A stretch of DNA of 64,000 nt from Polyangiales bacterium (GCA_044229975.1 JBGARZ010000012.1:96001-160000), one strand, 5' to 3'. Counted from the first letter of the stretch, positions 49,284 to 60,262 are shown. Numbers and translations are program-made. The notes: generated by a model from the sequence alone, not told the origin.

Positions 49284-51200
49284 TCACGACGTCGACCGGG
49301 GCGCCTCGTAGATCAGCCAGGTGCCTTCGTGCGTGGGCATGACCAGGCGTCGGCCATCGCGCGCCACGAAGACCCTCCAGCGCACGGAGGTGGGCAGCGA
49401 CATCGACGAGCGCACCTCCAGCGTCGACGGGTGGCGCGCGTCGAGGCGCAGACCCCGGTCGAGCAGCAGCAGTGAGCCGTCACCGGCCCAGTCGACGCCG
49501 ACGAGGTGGGCGACGCCGTGCTTGCGCGGGTCGACGGCGCAGAGCACCTCCGCCCCGGTCGGCGCCACCACCACGAGGCGGAAGACGTCACCCGCCGCCG
49601 CGAGCGAGCCGTCCGCGGAGACCGCGAGGGCGGTCGCGTTGGCGACGATGTCCTTCGGCAGCAGCAGCCAGCGCTCCAGGAAGTCGCCGTCCGAGAGCTG
49701 GATGCGGCCACAGCCCGTCACGCCGTAGAGCACCACGGTGTCGTCGTCCCATCGCACCCGGCGAGGGTGCAGGCTGGACTCGATGCGCCAGCGGCGCTGC
49801 CCGCGCGAGTCCACCAGCGAGAGGGCGACGCGGCGCTCCTTCGTCGCGTCCACGGTGAGCAGCGACTCTCCGTCGGGCGACGGGAAGAAGTGCGAGGTCA
49901 TCGCAAACGCGTCGGGCTCCAACGACCAGCCGGGCGCGCCGGTCGACGCGTCCCACGAGCGGATACCCCCGCGCTGGGTCGTCACGAAGAACCGCGGCGC
50001 TCCCTCGGACACGGCCAACGTGAGCAGGCGACATGGCGCCGTGAGGCCGGGTGCGATGGCCCTGATCTCCTTCGGAAAGCGGTGGACCACCACGCCCGCG
50101 TCGAGGTCCCACACCAGGACATCCGCGTCGTCATCGGCGGTGGCGGCCCAACGCCCCTCGGGATGAACCACGAAGGAACCCACGAGCTCGGCGTGACCGT
50201 CTCCCAGGGGAACGGGCGTGAGGTCGGGGCCGACGAGGCGTTGGAAGGCGAGGCCGTAGGTGACCCAGAGAGAACCGTCCGGGGCGAGACAGGGCTGACA
50301 CGACCACCCCGACATGTGATCGAACTCTCGCGTGGCGCGGGTGGCCAACGTCGCCGGGTCGAGGCGGTGCACCACCATCGGGAGATAGGCCGGGCCCGCG
50401 ACGACCACGAGCGAGCCGTCGGCCGTCCAACGAGGGCCGCGGAGCATCGACGCCGGGAAGGAACGCTGCGCGGAGATGGTGCGGTCGGAGAGGTTCCAGA
50501 CGCGCAGGCCGTGGGTGCGGCCGAGGGTGAGCAGCGCACCGTCGGAGCGCCACGCCACGCCGTGGTCGTCCTCATCGCCCACGTCGCCGACGCCCTTGCC
50601 CTTCGCGAGCTCGTAGACTCGCACCACCGCGTCGCCCGCCACCGCGAGGCGTTGACCGTCGGGTGCGAAGGCAACGTCCGTCACGCGCCGGCGCACACCC
50701 TTCAGGGTGAGCCGTACCTGCAACGTGCTCGCATCGAGGAGGCGCACCGGCTTGTCCGCCTTCTGTGCCTTGCTGCGCGGCTCTCCGCTGGCGACCGCCA
50801 CGCTCGCTCCATCGGGCGAGAGGACGACACACCCGAGGGCCGAGGTCGCGCATGGGTGGGCGACGCCCAAGGTGAGGACGTCGGCGTCGCGGACGGTTCC
50901 GGCGCGGGCGAGCGTGGCGACGTCGAAGAGCAGGAGTGTGCCGTCGGAGGCGCCGACGAGGAGGCGCGCGTCGTCGAGGAAGCAGCCGCACGCGCGGACG
51001 TCGTGGCTCTGGAGCTGGGCGAGTCGCTCGCCGTGCTGGTCAAAGAGCTCGACCGCGGTGTTGGAGAGCATCGCGACGTGGCGACCATCGGGCGAGATCG
51101 CGACGTGCGCGTGGTTGAACGCGCGAAACGGGACGCGTCCGACGACGCGCGGCGGCGGGAGCGACGAGAGGTCCATCGGGGGCGCACGATACAGCGCCAT
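49284..51200 (-). CDS. WD40-repeat protein
   Basis: VAISPDG, VTDVAFAPDGQRLA, GHAELV...HPEGRWAATADDDADVLVWD. Confidence 0.85.
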   Translation of the reverse strand: MALYRAPPMDLSSLPPPRVVGRVPFRAFNHAHVAISPDGRHVAMLSNTAVELFDQHGERLAQLQSHDVRACGCFLDDARLLVGASDGTLLLFDVATLARAGTVRDADVLTLGVAHPCATSALGCVVLSPDGASVAVASGEPRSKAQKADKPVRLLDASTLQVRLTLKGVRRRVTDVAFAPDGQRLAVAGDAVVRVYELAKGKGVGDVGDEDDHGVAWRSDGALLTLGRTHGLRVWNLSDRTISAQRSFPASMLRGPRWTADGSLVVVAGPAYLPMVVHRLDPATLATRATREFDHMSGWSCQPCLAPDGSLWVTYGLAFQRLVGPDLTPVPLGDGHAELVGSFVVHPEGRWAATADDDADVLVWDLDAGVVVHRFPKEIRAIAPGLTAPCRLLTLAVSEGAPRFFVTTQRGGIRSWDASTGAPGWSLEPDAFAMTSHFFPSPDGESLLTVDATKERRVALSLVDSRGQRRWRIESSLHPRRVRWDDDTVVLYGVTGCGRIQLSDGDFLERWLLLPKDIVANATALAVSADGSLAAAGDVFRLVVVAPTGAEVLCAVDPRKHGVAHLVGVDWAGDGSLLLLDRGLRLDARHPSTLEVRSSMSLPTSVRWRVFVARDGRRLVMPTHEGTWLIYEAPRSTS

Positions 51201-51472
51201 CGCGCATATAGTCCGAGGCCCTCCGATGCGTTCGGCCCGCGCCCCGCTGGATACGGGTGGTGCGCATCGTCCTCGACACCCGCCGCGTCACCGGCTGGAA
51301 CGAGATCGACGCCATCGGCCTCGCCCGCACGCCGTGAGCACGGCATCCACGCACCTACCTGCCCCCCGCGAAGTGCTCTTGGTTGTTGACCTCGCCAACC
51401 ATCGCGAGACACTCACCCCTCTGAACCGACGTCCCGCGGTCCGTCCACCGCGTGATCGTCAGGAGGTGCACC

Positions 51473-53392
51473 GTGAGATGGTTTCACGCACTGAGCGTCG
51501 CGGTCTTCGGTCTGGGTGTCGGCGTCTCTGCACAGGTCGCTGACGCCTCTCCAACGCGAGAGCAGTACCGCCTCTTCCGCGCGCTCTCCATCGACCTCCA
51601 GGGGCGCATCCCCACTTCCGACGAGCTCTCGGCCTTCGAGGCCCCCGGCTTCGACCTCGACGCCTGGATCGACCAGCACCTCCAGGGCCCCGCCTACGCC
51701 GAGCGCCTGCGCCGCGTCTACATGGACGCGCTGCGGCTCGAAGTAGGCCCGATGTTCAACTTCGTGAGCAACCCGATGGTGCTGCGACGCGTGCGCGTCA
51801 CCGCCCCCGACGGCACTCCGTCGTTCGTCTATTTCCGCCGTTCGCAGCGCCGCGACCGCGTCGAGTCCGACCTCGATTTCTGCCTCTCCCCCGACGAGAC
51901 CGGCGTCACCGTCGCCAGCAACGGAACCGTCTCCGGCACCGCCCGCGCCATCGATCCGGCGGTGTGGGAAGCGCGCACCGTCGCCGTCCGTCCGTGGTGG
52001 CTCTACCGCGACTACCGCAGCGCCTCGCCCACGCAGCGCATCGCCGCGGGCGACGGCTCCGCCATGACCCTCTCGCCCGTCACCGGCCTCTTCATGGACG
52101 CCGACGGGACCACTCCCACCACCACCATCCGCGTCTGCCGCGAAGAGGCCCAGACCGCCGAGCGCGGCGCCATCTACCTCTCCGGTCGCACCACCGCTCC
52201 GCCCCGCGCGCCTACGTATCAGGGCGGTCGCGTCACCGTCCCGCCGACGGACTCGGCGTATGCGCGCGCCCACGCCACGGCGATGGTGTCGTGCACGAGC
52301 GGTACGGGCGTCTCGATGAGCGACGACTGCGGTTGTGGTGTTGGACTGGAGCGCTGCATGCCGGGCGACTCGCTCGGCAACGACCCGCGGGCGTTCAACA
52401 TCCCGGACAATGTTCCGCTCGGGGCCGAGCAGGCGCTCGATAGTCGCGCGCAGACGCAGGGCGACTGGGTGCGCTTCTGGTGGGCCCAGGAGGCGGTGCA
52501 CTTCCTCGACGACCTCTTCGTGCGCGACCGCGACGTGCGCGGCCTGCTCAACGACCGCGGCACCGTCGTCAACGGCGCCGTCGCGCAGTTCTACCGGGGC
52601 TTCGCGGGCACCACCTGCTGCGGCAACGGGACGCAGTTCGAGTACGCCGAGCCGACCGCGCTCTTCGATCCGGCGCGTGTTCCGGCCAACCTCACGCCGC
52701 ACGACCTCACCACCTGGCAGCGCGTCGAAGACCGCGGTCCGCAGGCGGCGGGCCTCCTCACGACGCCCATCTTCCTCGCGAAGTACGGCACCCGCCGGGC
52801 GCGCGCGCACATCGTCTACAACGCGTTTCTGTGTCGGCAGTTCGTGGCGGAAAACGTCGCGCTCACGCCGTCGACCGAGCCCAACCTGATGCTGCGCTCG
52901 GGCTGCGCCGCCTGCCACGCCACGCTCGAACCGCTCTCGGCGTACTTCACCCGCGTCACCGAGTCGGGGTGGACCTTCCTCCCCGCCGATCGCTTCCCCA
53001 CGCTCAACCCCGCGTGCGCGCCGCGGAGCGGCAACTCCCCCAACGGCGGCTGCACGTCCTTCTACGACCCCGCCTTCGGCACCAACGGCATGGGCATGCT
53101 TCGCGGCGCCTACGGCTCCACCGCCCACGCCGATGAGGGCCCCGCCGGGCTCGCGCGCGCCGTCGTCGACACACCCGAGTTCGCCGCGTGCGTAGTGCAG
53201 AACGTCGGCGAGTCCTTCCTCGGTCGCTCCTTCACGGAGGAAGACCAACCGCTGCGAGAGAGCATGGCGACGGCGCTGCGCGAGGGCGGTTACCGCATGC
53301 GCGGACTGGTGCGGACGCTGGTGCGGGCCGACGCCTACCGCCACGCCAACAACCTCGCTTCGGGCGCCTGGCGCGAAGGAGGTACGCCGTGA
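51473..53392 (+). CDS. secreted DUF1549/DUF1585-like protein with one heme c motif
   Basis: AGGAGG RBS then GTG; RALSIDLQGRIPT, AGLLTT..FL.KY.TRRARA, CAACH, FAACVV...FLGR. Confidence 0.75.
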   Translation: MRWFHALSVAVFGLGVGVSAQVADASPTREQYRLFRALSIDLQGRIPTSDELSAFEAPGFDLDAWIDQHLQGPAYAERLRRVYMDALRLEVGPMFNFVSNPMVLRRVRVTAPDGTPSFVYFRRSQRRDRVESDLDFCLSPDETGVTVASNGTVSGTARAIDPAVWEARTVAVRPWWLYRDYRSASPTQRIAAGDGSAMTLSPVTGLFMDADGTTPTTTIRVCREEAQTAERGAIYLSGRTTAPPRAPTYQGGRVTVPPTDSAYARAHATAMVSCTSGTGVSMSDDCGCGVGLERCMPGDSLGNDPRAFNIPDNVPLGAEQALDSRAQTQGDWVRFWWAQEAVHFLDDLFVRDRDVRGLLNDRGTVVNGAVAQFYRGFAGTTCCGNGTQFEYAEPTALFDPARVPANLTPHDLTTWQRVEDRGPQAAGLLTTPIFLAKYGTRRARAHIVYNAFLCRQFVAENVALTPSTEPNLMLRSGCAACHATLEPLSAYFTRVTESGWTFLPADRFPTLNPACAPRSGNSPNGGCTSFYDPAFGTNGMGMLRGAYGSTAHADEGPAGLARAVVDTPEFAACVVQNVGESFLGRSFTEEDQPLRESMATALREGGYRMRGLVRTLVRADAYRHANNLASGAWREGGTP

Positions 53393-54126
53393 AGCGCACC
53401 GCAGTCCTCGCCGCGCTCGTCTTTACCCTCGGGTGTAACAACTCCTCCGCGCCGACGGTCGCACCCGCGGTCGACGGTGGCGCCTCGCGGCCCAACCAGA
53501 TCACCCCGACGCCGGTCACGGAGATTCCCGGCCACGAGTCGCTCGCGCAGGACCACACGCCCAAGGAGCCGCCGCGGCTCATGCCCGCCGAGACGCTCAT
53601 CCGCAGCTACCTCACGCTCTTCGGTGGACTCAGTCCGCAGGCGCTCCAGGTGCGGCTGCGCGGCACCGACGGCGCCAACCTCTTCGACACCTGGGCGGAC
53701 TACCTCTCGGCGTTGGGAGTCCCGGACTACGCGGTGGACATCCCCCGCGCGCCGCAGACCAACACGCTCATGCTCGCGGCCTTCGAGCGCATCGGCGTCG
53801 CCCTCTGCGAGCGCGCCGTGCAGGCCGACCTCCGCGGAACCGTCGCCGTCGCCGACCGGGTGCTCTTCCGCTTCGAGCTCCCGGCGGGCAACCGCGCGCT
53901 CACCGACGAGGAGTTTGGCGCGCGCTTCGACCTGCTCCACCGTCGTGTGCTCGGCTACCCCGCCGCGCTCGCGCCGGAGGGGCGCATCCCGCGCTTCCGC
54001 ACGCTCTACCGTGACGCGGTCACCCGCCACGCCGACGCCGGCACGCGCACCTTCAACGGCCCCGAGGCCGGCTGGGCGAGCGTGTGCGAGGGCCTCGTGC
54101 GCCACCCCGAATTCCACCTCTACTGA
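53389..54126 (+). CDS. lipoprotein of the DUF1501-type operon
   Basis: GTGA overlap; lipobox TLGC; C-terminal WASVCEGLVRHPEFHLY. Confidence 0.75.
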   Translation: MKRTAVLAALVFTLGCNNSSAPTVAPAVDGGASRPNQITPTPVTEIPGHESLAQDHTPKEPPRLMPAETLIRSYLTLFGGLSPQALQVRLRGTDGANLFDTWADYLSALGVPDYAVDIPRAPQTNTLMLAAFERIGVALCERAVQADLRGTVAVADRVLFRFELPAGNRALTDEEFGARFDLLHRRVLGYPAALAPEGRIPRFRTLYRDAVTRHADAGTRTFNGPEAGWASVCEGLVRHPEFHLY

Positions 54127-54139
54127 AGGAACACCGACC

Positions 54140-55501
54140 ATGGACAACCGTCGACGAACGTTCCTGAAGGTGTTGGGCAGTGTCGGGGCCGCGGGCTTCG
54201 CGAGTCAGCCGCTCTTGCGCGCGTTTGCTGATCCGCCGGTGGCGAGTGACGAGTTCTTCGTGCTCATCCACGCGAGCGGCGGCTGGGACGTCACGCTCTC
54301 GCTCGACCCGCGCAACGAGCGCCGCGGGCTCATCGAGCCGGGCAGCACCGACACCATCGACACGGCGCCCATCCGCCTCTGGCGCGACGCTCCGCTCGAC
54401 GCGGACAGCAGCACCTTCGAGATCATCCAGCCCGCGGGCTCGTCGCTGCGGCTCGGCCCCGCCATCGGCCGGCTCGCGGAGATGCCCGACCGGCTCACGG
54501 TCATCAACGGCCTCGCGATGAACACCGTCAGCCACACGGACGGGACGTTCTTCGCGGCGACGGGGAGACACCTCGCGGGCGGCAAGCCCGTGGCGTCGAG
54601 CATCGACACCATGCTGGCCAACGAGTTCGGCAGGGAGACGCTGCTGCCCACGGTGTCGGTGTCGTACCCGTCGACCTACGTGGGCGACGACCTCGACGCG
54701 CGCGTCGCGCCGCTGCGGGTGAGCTCCGTCGACACGCTCTCGCGCATGCTCAACCGCAGCAACGTCAACACCACCGCGGCCGACCGGCTGGCGGTGACGG
54801 CGCTGCTCACCGAAGAGGCCCGCGAGCTCGGCGCGCGGTCGTGGTACCGCGAGGAGATCGAAGGCATGGGGCTACAGCTCCAGGCGCTGCCGCGGATGCT
54901 CTCGCCCGACGTGCAGCAGATCTTCAACGCATCGGCGCTGGCCATGGCGCAGCCGACGTTGTCGTCGTCGGGGATGCGCTTCCAGGGGCGGGCGGCGGTC
55001 AACTGCGCCTTCGCGGTGGAGGCGATGAAGCGCAACCTCGTGCGCTGCGTGAGCTTCGCGTCGGCGTCGCACGACACGCACAACAACAACTACCGCAACC
55101 AGGCCCTCATCCAGCAGGAGCTGTTCGACACGCTCGCGGCGCTGGTGCGCGCCCTCGACGCGGCGCCGCACCCGACGCTCATGGGGCAGCGCCTCGCCGA
55201 CCACACGCACATCCTCGTGGTGAGCGACTTCTGCCGCACGCCGCAGATCAACCTCACCATGGGCCGCGACCACTACCCCAACGGGTCGGCGCTGGTGATC
55301 TCGCCGAAGTTTCGCGGCAACACGAGCTTCGGCAGCGCCGACGCCGAGCAGATGCTCCCCGTCAACGCCGGGATGTTCGCGGACGGCACGCGCCCGGTGG
55401 CGCCGCCCGACCTGCTCGCGACCTTCGTGTCGGCCTTCAACGTCAACCCGCGGAAGTACCTCCGCGACGGCGACGTGATCCGCTCGCTTCTCCGCGCATG
55501 A
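54140..55501 (+). CDS. Tat-exported DUF1501 family protein
   Basis: Tat motif RRTFLK; FFVLIHASGGWD...DP, HDTH, VVSDFCRTP, GRDH. Confidence 0.85.
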   Translation: MDNRRRTFLKVLGSVGAAGFASQPLLRAFADPPVASDEFFVLIHASGGWDVTLSLDPRNERRGLIEPGSTDTIDTAPIRLWRDAPLDADSSTFEIIQPAGSSLRLGPAIGRLAEMPDRLTVINGLAMNTVSHTDGTFFAATGRHLAGGKPVASSIDTMLANEFGRETLLPTVSVSYPSTYVGDDLDARVAPLRVSSVDTLSRMLNRSNVNTTAADRLAVTALLTEEARELGARSWYREEIEGMGLQLQALPRMLSPDVQQIFNASALAMAQPTLSSSGMRFQGRAAVNCAFAVEAMKRNLVRCVSFASASHDTHNNNYRNQALIQQELFDTLAALVRALDAAPHPTLMGQRLADHTHILVVSDFCRTPQINLTMGRDHYPNGSALVISPKFRGNTSFGSADAEQMLPVNAGMFADGTRPVAPPDLLATFVSAFNVNPRKYLRDGDVIRSLLRA

Positions 55502-57375
55502 GGAGTCCTCACTGGTCACGGTGGTGCTTCGCCGCGCTGCTCGTCGTGGGCTGCGGCGACGCGTCGATGGACCCGTCGAGCGACGGCGCCGTCGTGGCGG
55601 CGAGCGACGTGGCGCCGGAGCCCGTGATGGTTCAGTCCCTCAACTGGAACGCCGCGATGACAGAGCTCGGGACCATCACCGCGGTGGTGGATGCGGGCGA
55701 CGACGTGGTGGTGTTTGGCGAGCGCGGGATGCAGTGGCTGTCGGGCGGCGCGGTGCTCGCGCGCGACATGCGGGCGATGATGTGGCGCGACGCGGCGAGC
55801 GTCCCGGCGGGCGACGGGACGGCCGCGCGCTGGGTGCTCGCGGTGGACGGCGCGGGTCACATCTGGCGCGTGCGCGATCGGATGACGCTGGAAGACGTGA
55901 CGGGTCGCTACGGATTAGGCGACCTCACGGTGCGCTCGGTGGCGGCGCTCGACGAGACGCGCACGGTGTTTGGGACGGACACCGGGTTCGCGGTGGCCGA
56001 CGGGATGCGCGTGCTGCGGTGGAATGATCCGGCCTTCGCGACGGTGATCGCGGGCGGCGGAAAGGTGGCGACGCGCACCATGACGGGCGTGCGGGCCTTT
56101 GGGGTGATGACCCAGCGCTTCGTGGACTACGCCGTGGCGGGTGCGAGCGCGGCGGCGGTGGACGGCGACGGACGCCTGGTGGTGGGCACCACGGCGGGCG
56201 GGCTGTGGCGTGAGGGCGCTGATGGTGCGCTGTCGGTGGCGGCGCCGACGACGACGGGCGCGGTGCGCTCGATCGCGCGGGCGGGCGCCAACCTGTGGGT
56301 GATCGCGGGCGGGTCGTTGGGCGTGTTCGACGCGACGGAGGGCGTGCGGCTGGCGACGGGCGTGACGGTGGCGGAGGGCTCGCGGTTGGTGGGTTCGCCC
56401 AACGGGAGCGTGTGGGTGCTGGGAGAGGGACGGCTGTCGCGCTACGCGCTGACGGTGGACCCGCGGGTGCACCAGTGGGAGCAGGAGGTACGGCCGATCT
56501 TCGCGAGGCGGTGCACGCCGTGCCACCTGCCGGGCGGGACGGCGAACGTTCCGCTGTCGCGGTACGCGAACTGGATCGAGTCGGTGGATGAGATTCGACG
56601 CGCCGCGGTCACGGAGCGACGGATGCCGCCGGCTCCTGGGATGCTGACCGAGGAGGAGCGGGCCACCCTCGCGCGCTGGTTGAACGGAGGCGCCGACGGT
56701 GGGGCAGACGCGGGCACGGACGCGGGTGCGGACGGTGGCTCCGAGGCGGGGACAGACGCGGCGATGATGGACGTGCCGCGGATGGATGGCGCGGCGGATG
56801 TTCCGAGGGTGGACGTGCCGCGGGTGGATGTTCCGCGCGACACGAGCGTGGTGGACAGTGGGCCGCGCGATGCGGGCGCGATGGATGCGGGGGTGCGCGA
56901 CGCGGGCGTGGCGGACAGCGGGCCGCGTGACGTGGGCGCGACGGACACGGGAGCGCGCGATGCGGGCGCGACGGACGCGGGAGCGCGCGATGCGGGCGCG
57001 ACGGACACGGGGCCGCGCGATGTGGGCGCGACGGACACGGGAGCGCGCGATGCGGGGAGCGGGTTTGCGGCGGTGTATCCGATCATCCAGCGGGCGTGCG
57101 TGAGCTGCCACGGGGCCTCGGGGGCGCTCAACATGTCGACGGAGTCGATGGCCTACACGAACCTCGTGGGGACGGCGGCGATGGGCGGGTCGTGCGGGTC
57201 GTCGGGGCTCGCGCGGGTGGTCGCGGGCGACGCGATGGCGAGCCTGCTGTACCTGAAGATCCGCGGTGGGACGGCGCCTCCGTGTGGGAGCGCGATGCCG
57301 CGCGGCGCGGCGACGTTGCCGAGCGCCGACATCGCCACGATCCGCGACTGGATCGAGGCGGGCGCCGCGCGCTGA
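55498..57375 (+). CDS. lipoprotein with beta-propeller and two c-type cytochrome domains
   Basis: ATGA overlap; lipobox VVGC; CTPCH...MPP and CVSCH...MP separated by a 30-bp-repeat linker (RDAGATDTG). Confidence 0.8.
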   Translation: MRSPHWSRWCFAALLVVGCGDASMDPSSDGAVVAASDVAPEPVMVQSLNWNAAMTELGTITAVVDAGDDVVVFGERGMQWLSGGAVLARDMRAMMWRDAASVPAGDGTAARWVLAVDGAGHIWRVRDRMTLEDVTGRYGLGDLTVRSVAALDETRTVFGTDTGFAVADGMRVLRWNDPAFATVIAGGGKVATRTMTGVRAFGVMTQRFVDYAVAGASAAAVDGDGRLVVGTTAGGLWREGADGALSVAAPTTTGAVRSIARAGANLWVIAGGSLGVFDATEGVRLATGVTVAEGSRLVGSPNGSVWVLGEGRLSRYALTVDPRVHQWEQEVRPIFARRCTPCHLPGGTANVPLSRYANWIESVDEIRRAAVTERRMPPAPGMLTEEERATLARWLNGGADGGADAGTDAGADGGSEAGTDAAMMDVPRMDGAADVPRVDVPRVDVPRDTSVVDSGPRDAGAMDAGVRDAGVADSGPRDVGATDTGARDAGATDAGARDAGATDTGPRDVGATDTGARDAGSGFAAVYPIIQRACVSCHGASGALNMSTESMAYTNLVGTAAMGGSCGSSGLARVVAGDAMASLLYLKIRGGTAPPCGSAMPRGAATLPSADIATIRDWIEAGAAR

Positions 57376-57562
57376 CCTACGAGGCTTGAGCCCGCAACGG
57401 TCAGGCCCGCGGTCACCGGGCCCACGCCGTAGCGTCAACGCGGCGTGGGCCTCCGCGCGAAAGCATCGGCATCAGGCCGCCGCGACCCGCTGTCGTCCAT
57501 CTGTCATTGAGCTTCCATCATGCCCGTGGTGGTCGCTCCCAGGCGCGATACCATCGCGGTCG

Positions 57563-59563
57563 ATGTCGTCGCCGACCCGCCTCGCCGCGTTCGGTCTCCT
57601 CGCGTCGCTCTCGTCGGGCTGCGGCCTCCTCATCGAACCCGCCATCCCATGGAACCGCCCGTCCGCCGACCTCGGCGCGGATGCTCCTGCCGACGCCGTC
57701 CTCGACGCCCCCGCGCCCGACGTCGCGCTCGATCGACCCACCGACATCCCGTCGCTCGACGCGTCCGCCGACGTCCCCTCTGGTGACGCCACCGACGTCC
57801 CTCCCACGCTCGACGTCCCCGATGCGCCCGACGTCCCTTCCACGCTCGACGTCCCCGATGTCCCCGATGTGCCTCCCGTCTTCGATGCGCCCGACGTCCC
57901 CGACGTGCCCGATGTCCCTGATGTGCCTCCCGCCGTCGATGTCCCCGACGTGCGCGACGTGCCCTGCATCGCGGTGCCGCGGTTGAAGTTTCCGCTCACG
58001 GGATCGGTGGTCACCACCACCACCCCGACGCTCCGCTGGCTCCACCCCAACTGCGGAACCCCCATTCACATCGAGATCTGCACCGAGCGCTCCTGCGCCA
58101 TGCCGCGCCTCGACACCACGCCCTCCACGCCCGGCGCCTACCGCGTCCCCATCGACCTCGACCAGACCCGCACGTACTTCTGGCGCCTCCGCTACGGCGT
58201 CGGCCTCACGTCGACCACCCCGACGTGGACCTTCCGCGTCCCGCACTTCGACATCACGCGCCCTCGCACGCCCACCGCCTGGGGGCGCATCCACGATGGC
58301 AACGGCGATGGGTACGCCGACCTCGTGATGGGCGTCCCCGTGCCCACGCGGCTCGGCCCCGTCGCGCGCGCGGGCACCGTCCTCGTCTGGCGCGGCGGCC
58401 CCTTCTTCACCTCGCCCACCACCCTCCTCGACACGCCCCTCACCGTCGCCCCTCCGTCCACCGGACCCGACGCAGCGCGCGGCTTCGGCGCGCTCGTGTC
58501 GAGCGCGAGCGACGTCAACGGCGACGGCCTCGGCGACCTCCTCATCGCCAGCCGCAACGGTGACGCCGCCGTGTGGCTCGCCGACGGCGGAACCTACGTC
58601 CAGACACCGGGCTACAACGTTCTCCCGACGCTGCCCCCCGCCAGCCTCGGGGTCTCGCTCCCGGCGGTCCCCGTGACGGGTCTCGGCGACTACGACGGCG
58701 ATGGCTACGCCGACGTGGCCTACACCCGCTTCGACCCCGGCGGCGCCAACGCGCAGCTCAACCTCAGCTTCGGCGGAGCGCGCCCCACCGTCGGCGGATC
58801 GGTCACCGTCGGCGGCTTCTCCGACGGGCGCATCCCCGGCTTCCTGCTGGTCGCGGGCGGTGACATCAACGGCGACGGCCGCGCCGACCTCCTCTCGGGC
58901 GAGCCCGGTCGCCTCAACACCGCGACCTCGGGGCGCGTCGTCTACTACCTCGGCAACGAGTCGCGCTCCCTCGGCGGGCGCTCCATCGAGGTGGCCGACC
59001 GCTCCTTCGGCGCCATCGTCGCGGGCGGCATGGACGTCGACGGCGACGGCCGCGCGGACGTCGTCACGCTCACCGCCTCGCCGTCCCTCGTGCGGGTCTA
59101 CGGCTGGGACGCCGACAGCGCGCGCCTCGTGCTCCGTCAAACGCTCACGCTGCGCGACGAGTTCACGCGCATCACCACCGCGGGCGACCTCGATGGCAAC
59201 GGCTACGGCGACGTGCTCGCGTGGAGCACCACCGGCGTTCAGCAGGTGCTCTTCGGCGGCGCGACGGGCCTCCAGCCCTCGGACAGCGCTCGCTACTCGG
59301 CGCTCGCCAACGGCATCGCCGCCGTGGCCTGCGCCGGCCCCCTCGATGACCGCGGCCCCGGACTCCCCGGCGACGACCCCAATGGCACCGACGACCTCAT
59401 CACCGTCTGGCTACCGCCCATCCTGGGGCCGCGCGCGTCGTTCGCGCAGCTCCTCCAGATCGCCGAGCTCGATGGAGGGTTTCGCTGGCTGCTGACCGAG
59501 GGGCGCTCGCTCTCCATCCCGGCCGACGCCGAGGCGGGCGTGTCCATCGTCAGCGCCTGGTAG
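57563..59563 (+). CDS. FG-GAP/VCBS (integrin-like) repeat lipoprotein
   Basis: Lipobox SSGC; PDV repeat linker; repeated D(V/I/Y)(N/D)GDG(Y/R)AD motifs. Confidence 0.85.
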   Translation: MSSPTRLAAFGLLASLSSGCGLLIEPAIPWNRPSADLGADAPADAVLDAPAPDVALDRPTDIPSLDASADVPSGDATDVPPTLDVPDAPDVPSTLDVPDVPDVPPVFDAPDVPDVPDVPDVPPAVDVPDVRDVPCIAVPRLKFPLTGSVVTTTTPTLRWLHPNCGTPIHIEICTERSCAMPRLDTTPSTPGAYRVPIDLDQTRTYFWRLRYGVGLTSTTPTWTFRVPHFDITRPRTPTAWGRIHDGNGDGYADLVMGVPVPTRLGPVARAGTVLVWRGGPFFTSPTTLLDTPLTVAPPSTGPDAARGFGALVSSASDVNGDGLGDLLIASRNGDAAVWLADGGTYVQTPGYNVLPTLPPASLGVSLPAVPVTGLGDYDGDGYADVAYTRFDPGGANAQLNLSFGGARPTVGGSVTVGGFSDGRIPGFLLVAGGDINGDGRADLLSGEPGRLNTATSGRVVYYLGNESRSLGGRSIEVADRSFGAIVAGGMDVDGDGRADVVTLTASPSLVRVYGWDADSARLVLRQTLTLRDEFTRITTAGDLDGNGYGDVLAWSTTGVQQVLFGGATGLQPSDSARYSALANGIAAVACAGPLDDRGPGLPGDDPNGTDDLITVWLPPILGPRASFAQLLQIAELDGGFRWLLTEGRSLSIPADAEAGVSIVSAW

Positions 59564-59667
59564 CTTCGACTCCCCATACAGCTCAGGTCGCGAGTCGGCG
59601 TATAAGACCCGACCGCCTCGTCGAAGCCCTCGTCACCCTCACTCTCTCGCACCGGAGCGTCGAGCCC

Positions 59668-60207
59668 ATGAGCCTCACCCGTCGCAACCTCCTCCTCGCC
59701 CTCGCGGGCGCCTCGGCCATCTCGGCCGCCGGGTGCACCATCACCGCGGAGATTCCGCAGATCCAGGTGCAGAGCCTCCGCTTCACCGGCGCCGACGGCA
59801 ACGGGCTGACGTTCCAGGTCGACTTCATCGCCTTCAACACCAACACCTTCGCGCTCGACCTCCAGGACATGCGCGCGCACCTCTTCCTGGAGGGCAACGA
59901 CGTCGGCGCCGGCGTGTCGGCCCTGGCCGCGCAGATTCCCACCGGCCGGTGGACGCCCGTCTCCGCCACGATGACCGTCCCGTGGGGCGGCGCGCCTGCC
60001 TTCCTCGCGGCGGCGGCCGGGTCGCCGATGGTCAACTACACCCTCCGCGGCGAGGTCACGGTGCAGCACTACATCAGCGTCCGCGCCCCCTTCGAGACCA
60101 GCGGAACCGTCCCCCGCGACTTCCTCATGCGCGGCGCGACGGGCGCCATCAACAACGTCATCAACTCCGTGCTGCCAGGCTTCGGCGGCATCCGCGTCGG
60201 GCCGTAA
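59668..60207 (+). CDS. LEA type 2/WHy domain lipoprotein with Tat-like signal
   Basis: TRRNLL...AAGC; NTN.F.L motif, YTLRGEV. Confidence 0.75.
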   Translation: MSLTRRNLLLALAGASAISAAGCTITAEIPQIQVQSLRFTGADGNGLTFQVDFIAFNTNTFALDLQDMRAHLFLEGNDVGAGVSALAAQIPTGRWTPVSATMTVPWGGAPAFLAAAAGSPMVNYTLRGEVTVQHYISVRAPFETSGTVPRDFLMRGATGAINNVINSVLPGFGGIRVGP

Positions 60208-60262
60208 GTCCCGCCAGAATCTATCGCTTCACGGGTCGGCCGCGGGATGCTGCGCGGCACCT

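Noticed and set aside
56690..57960. Short tandem repeats (RDAGATDTG units and PDV units), also the PGMQ repeats at 12450-12930
   Set aside because: They are in-frame low-complexity linkers inside proteins, not independent DNA elements.
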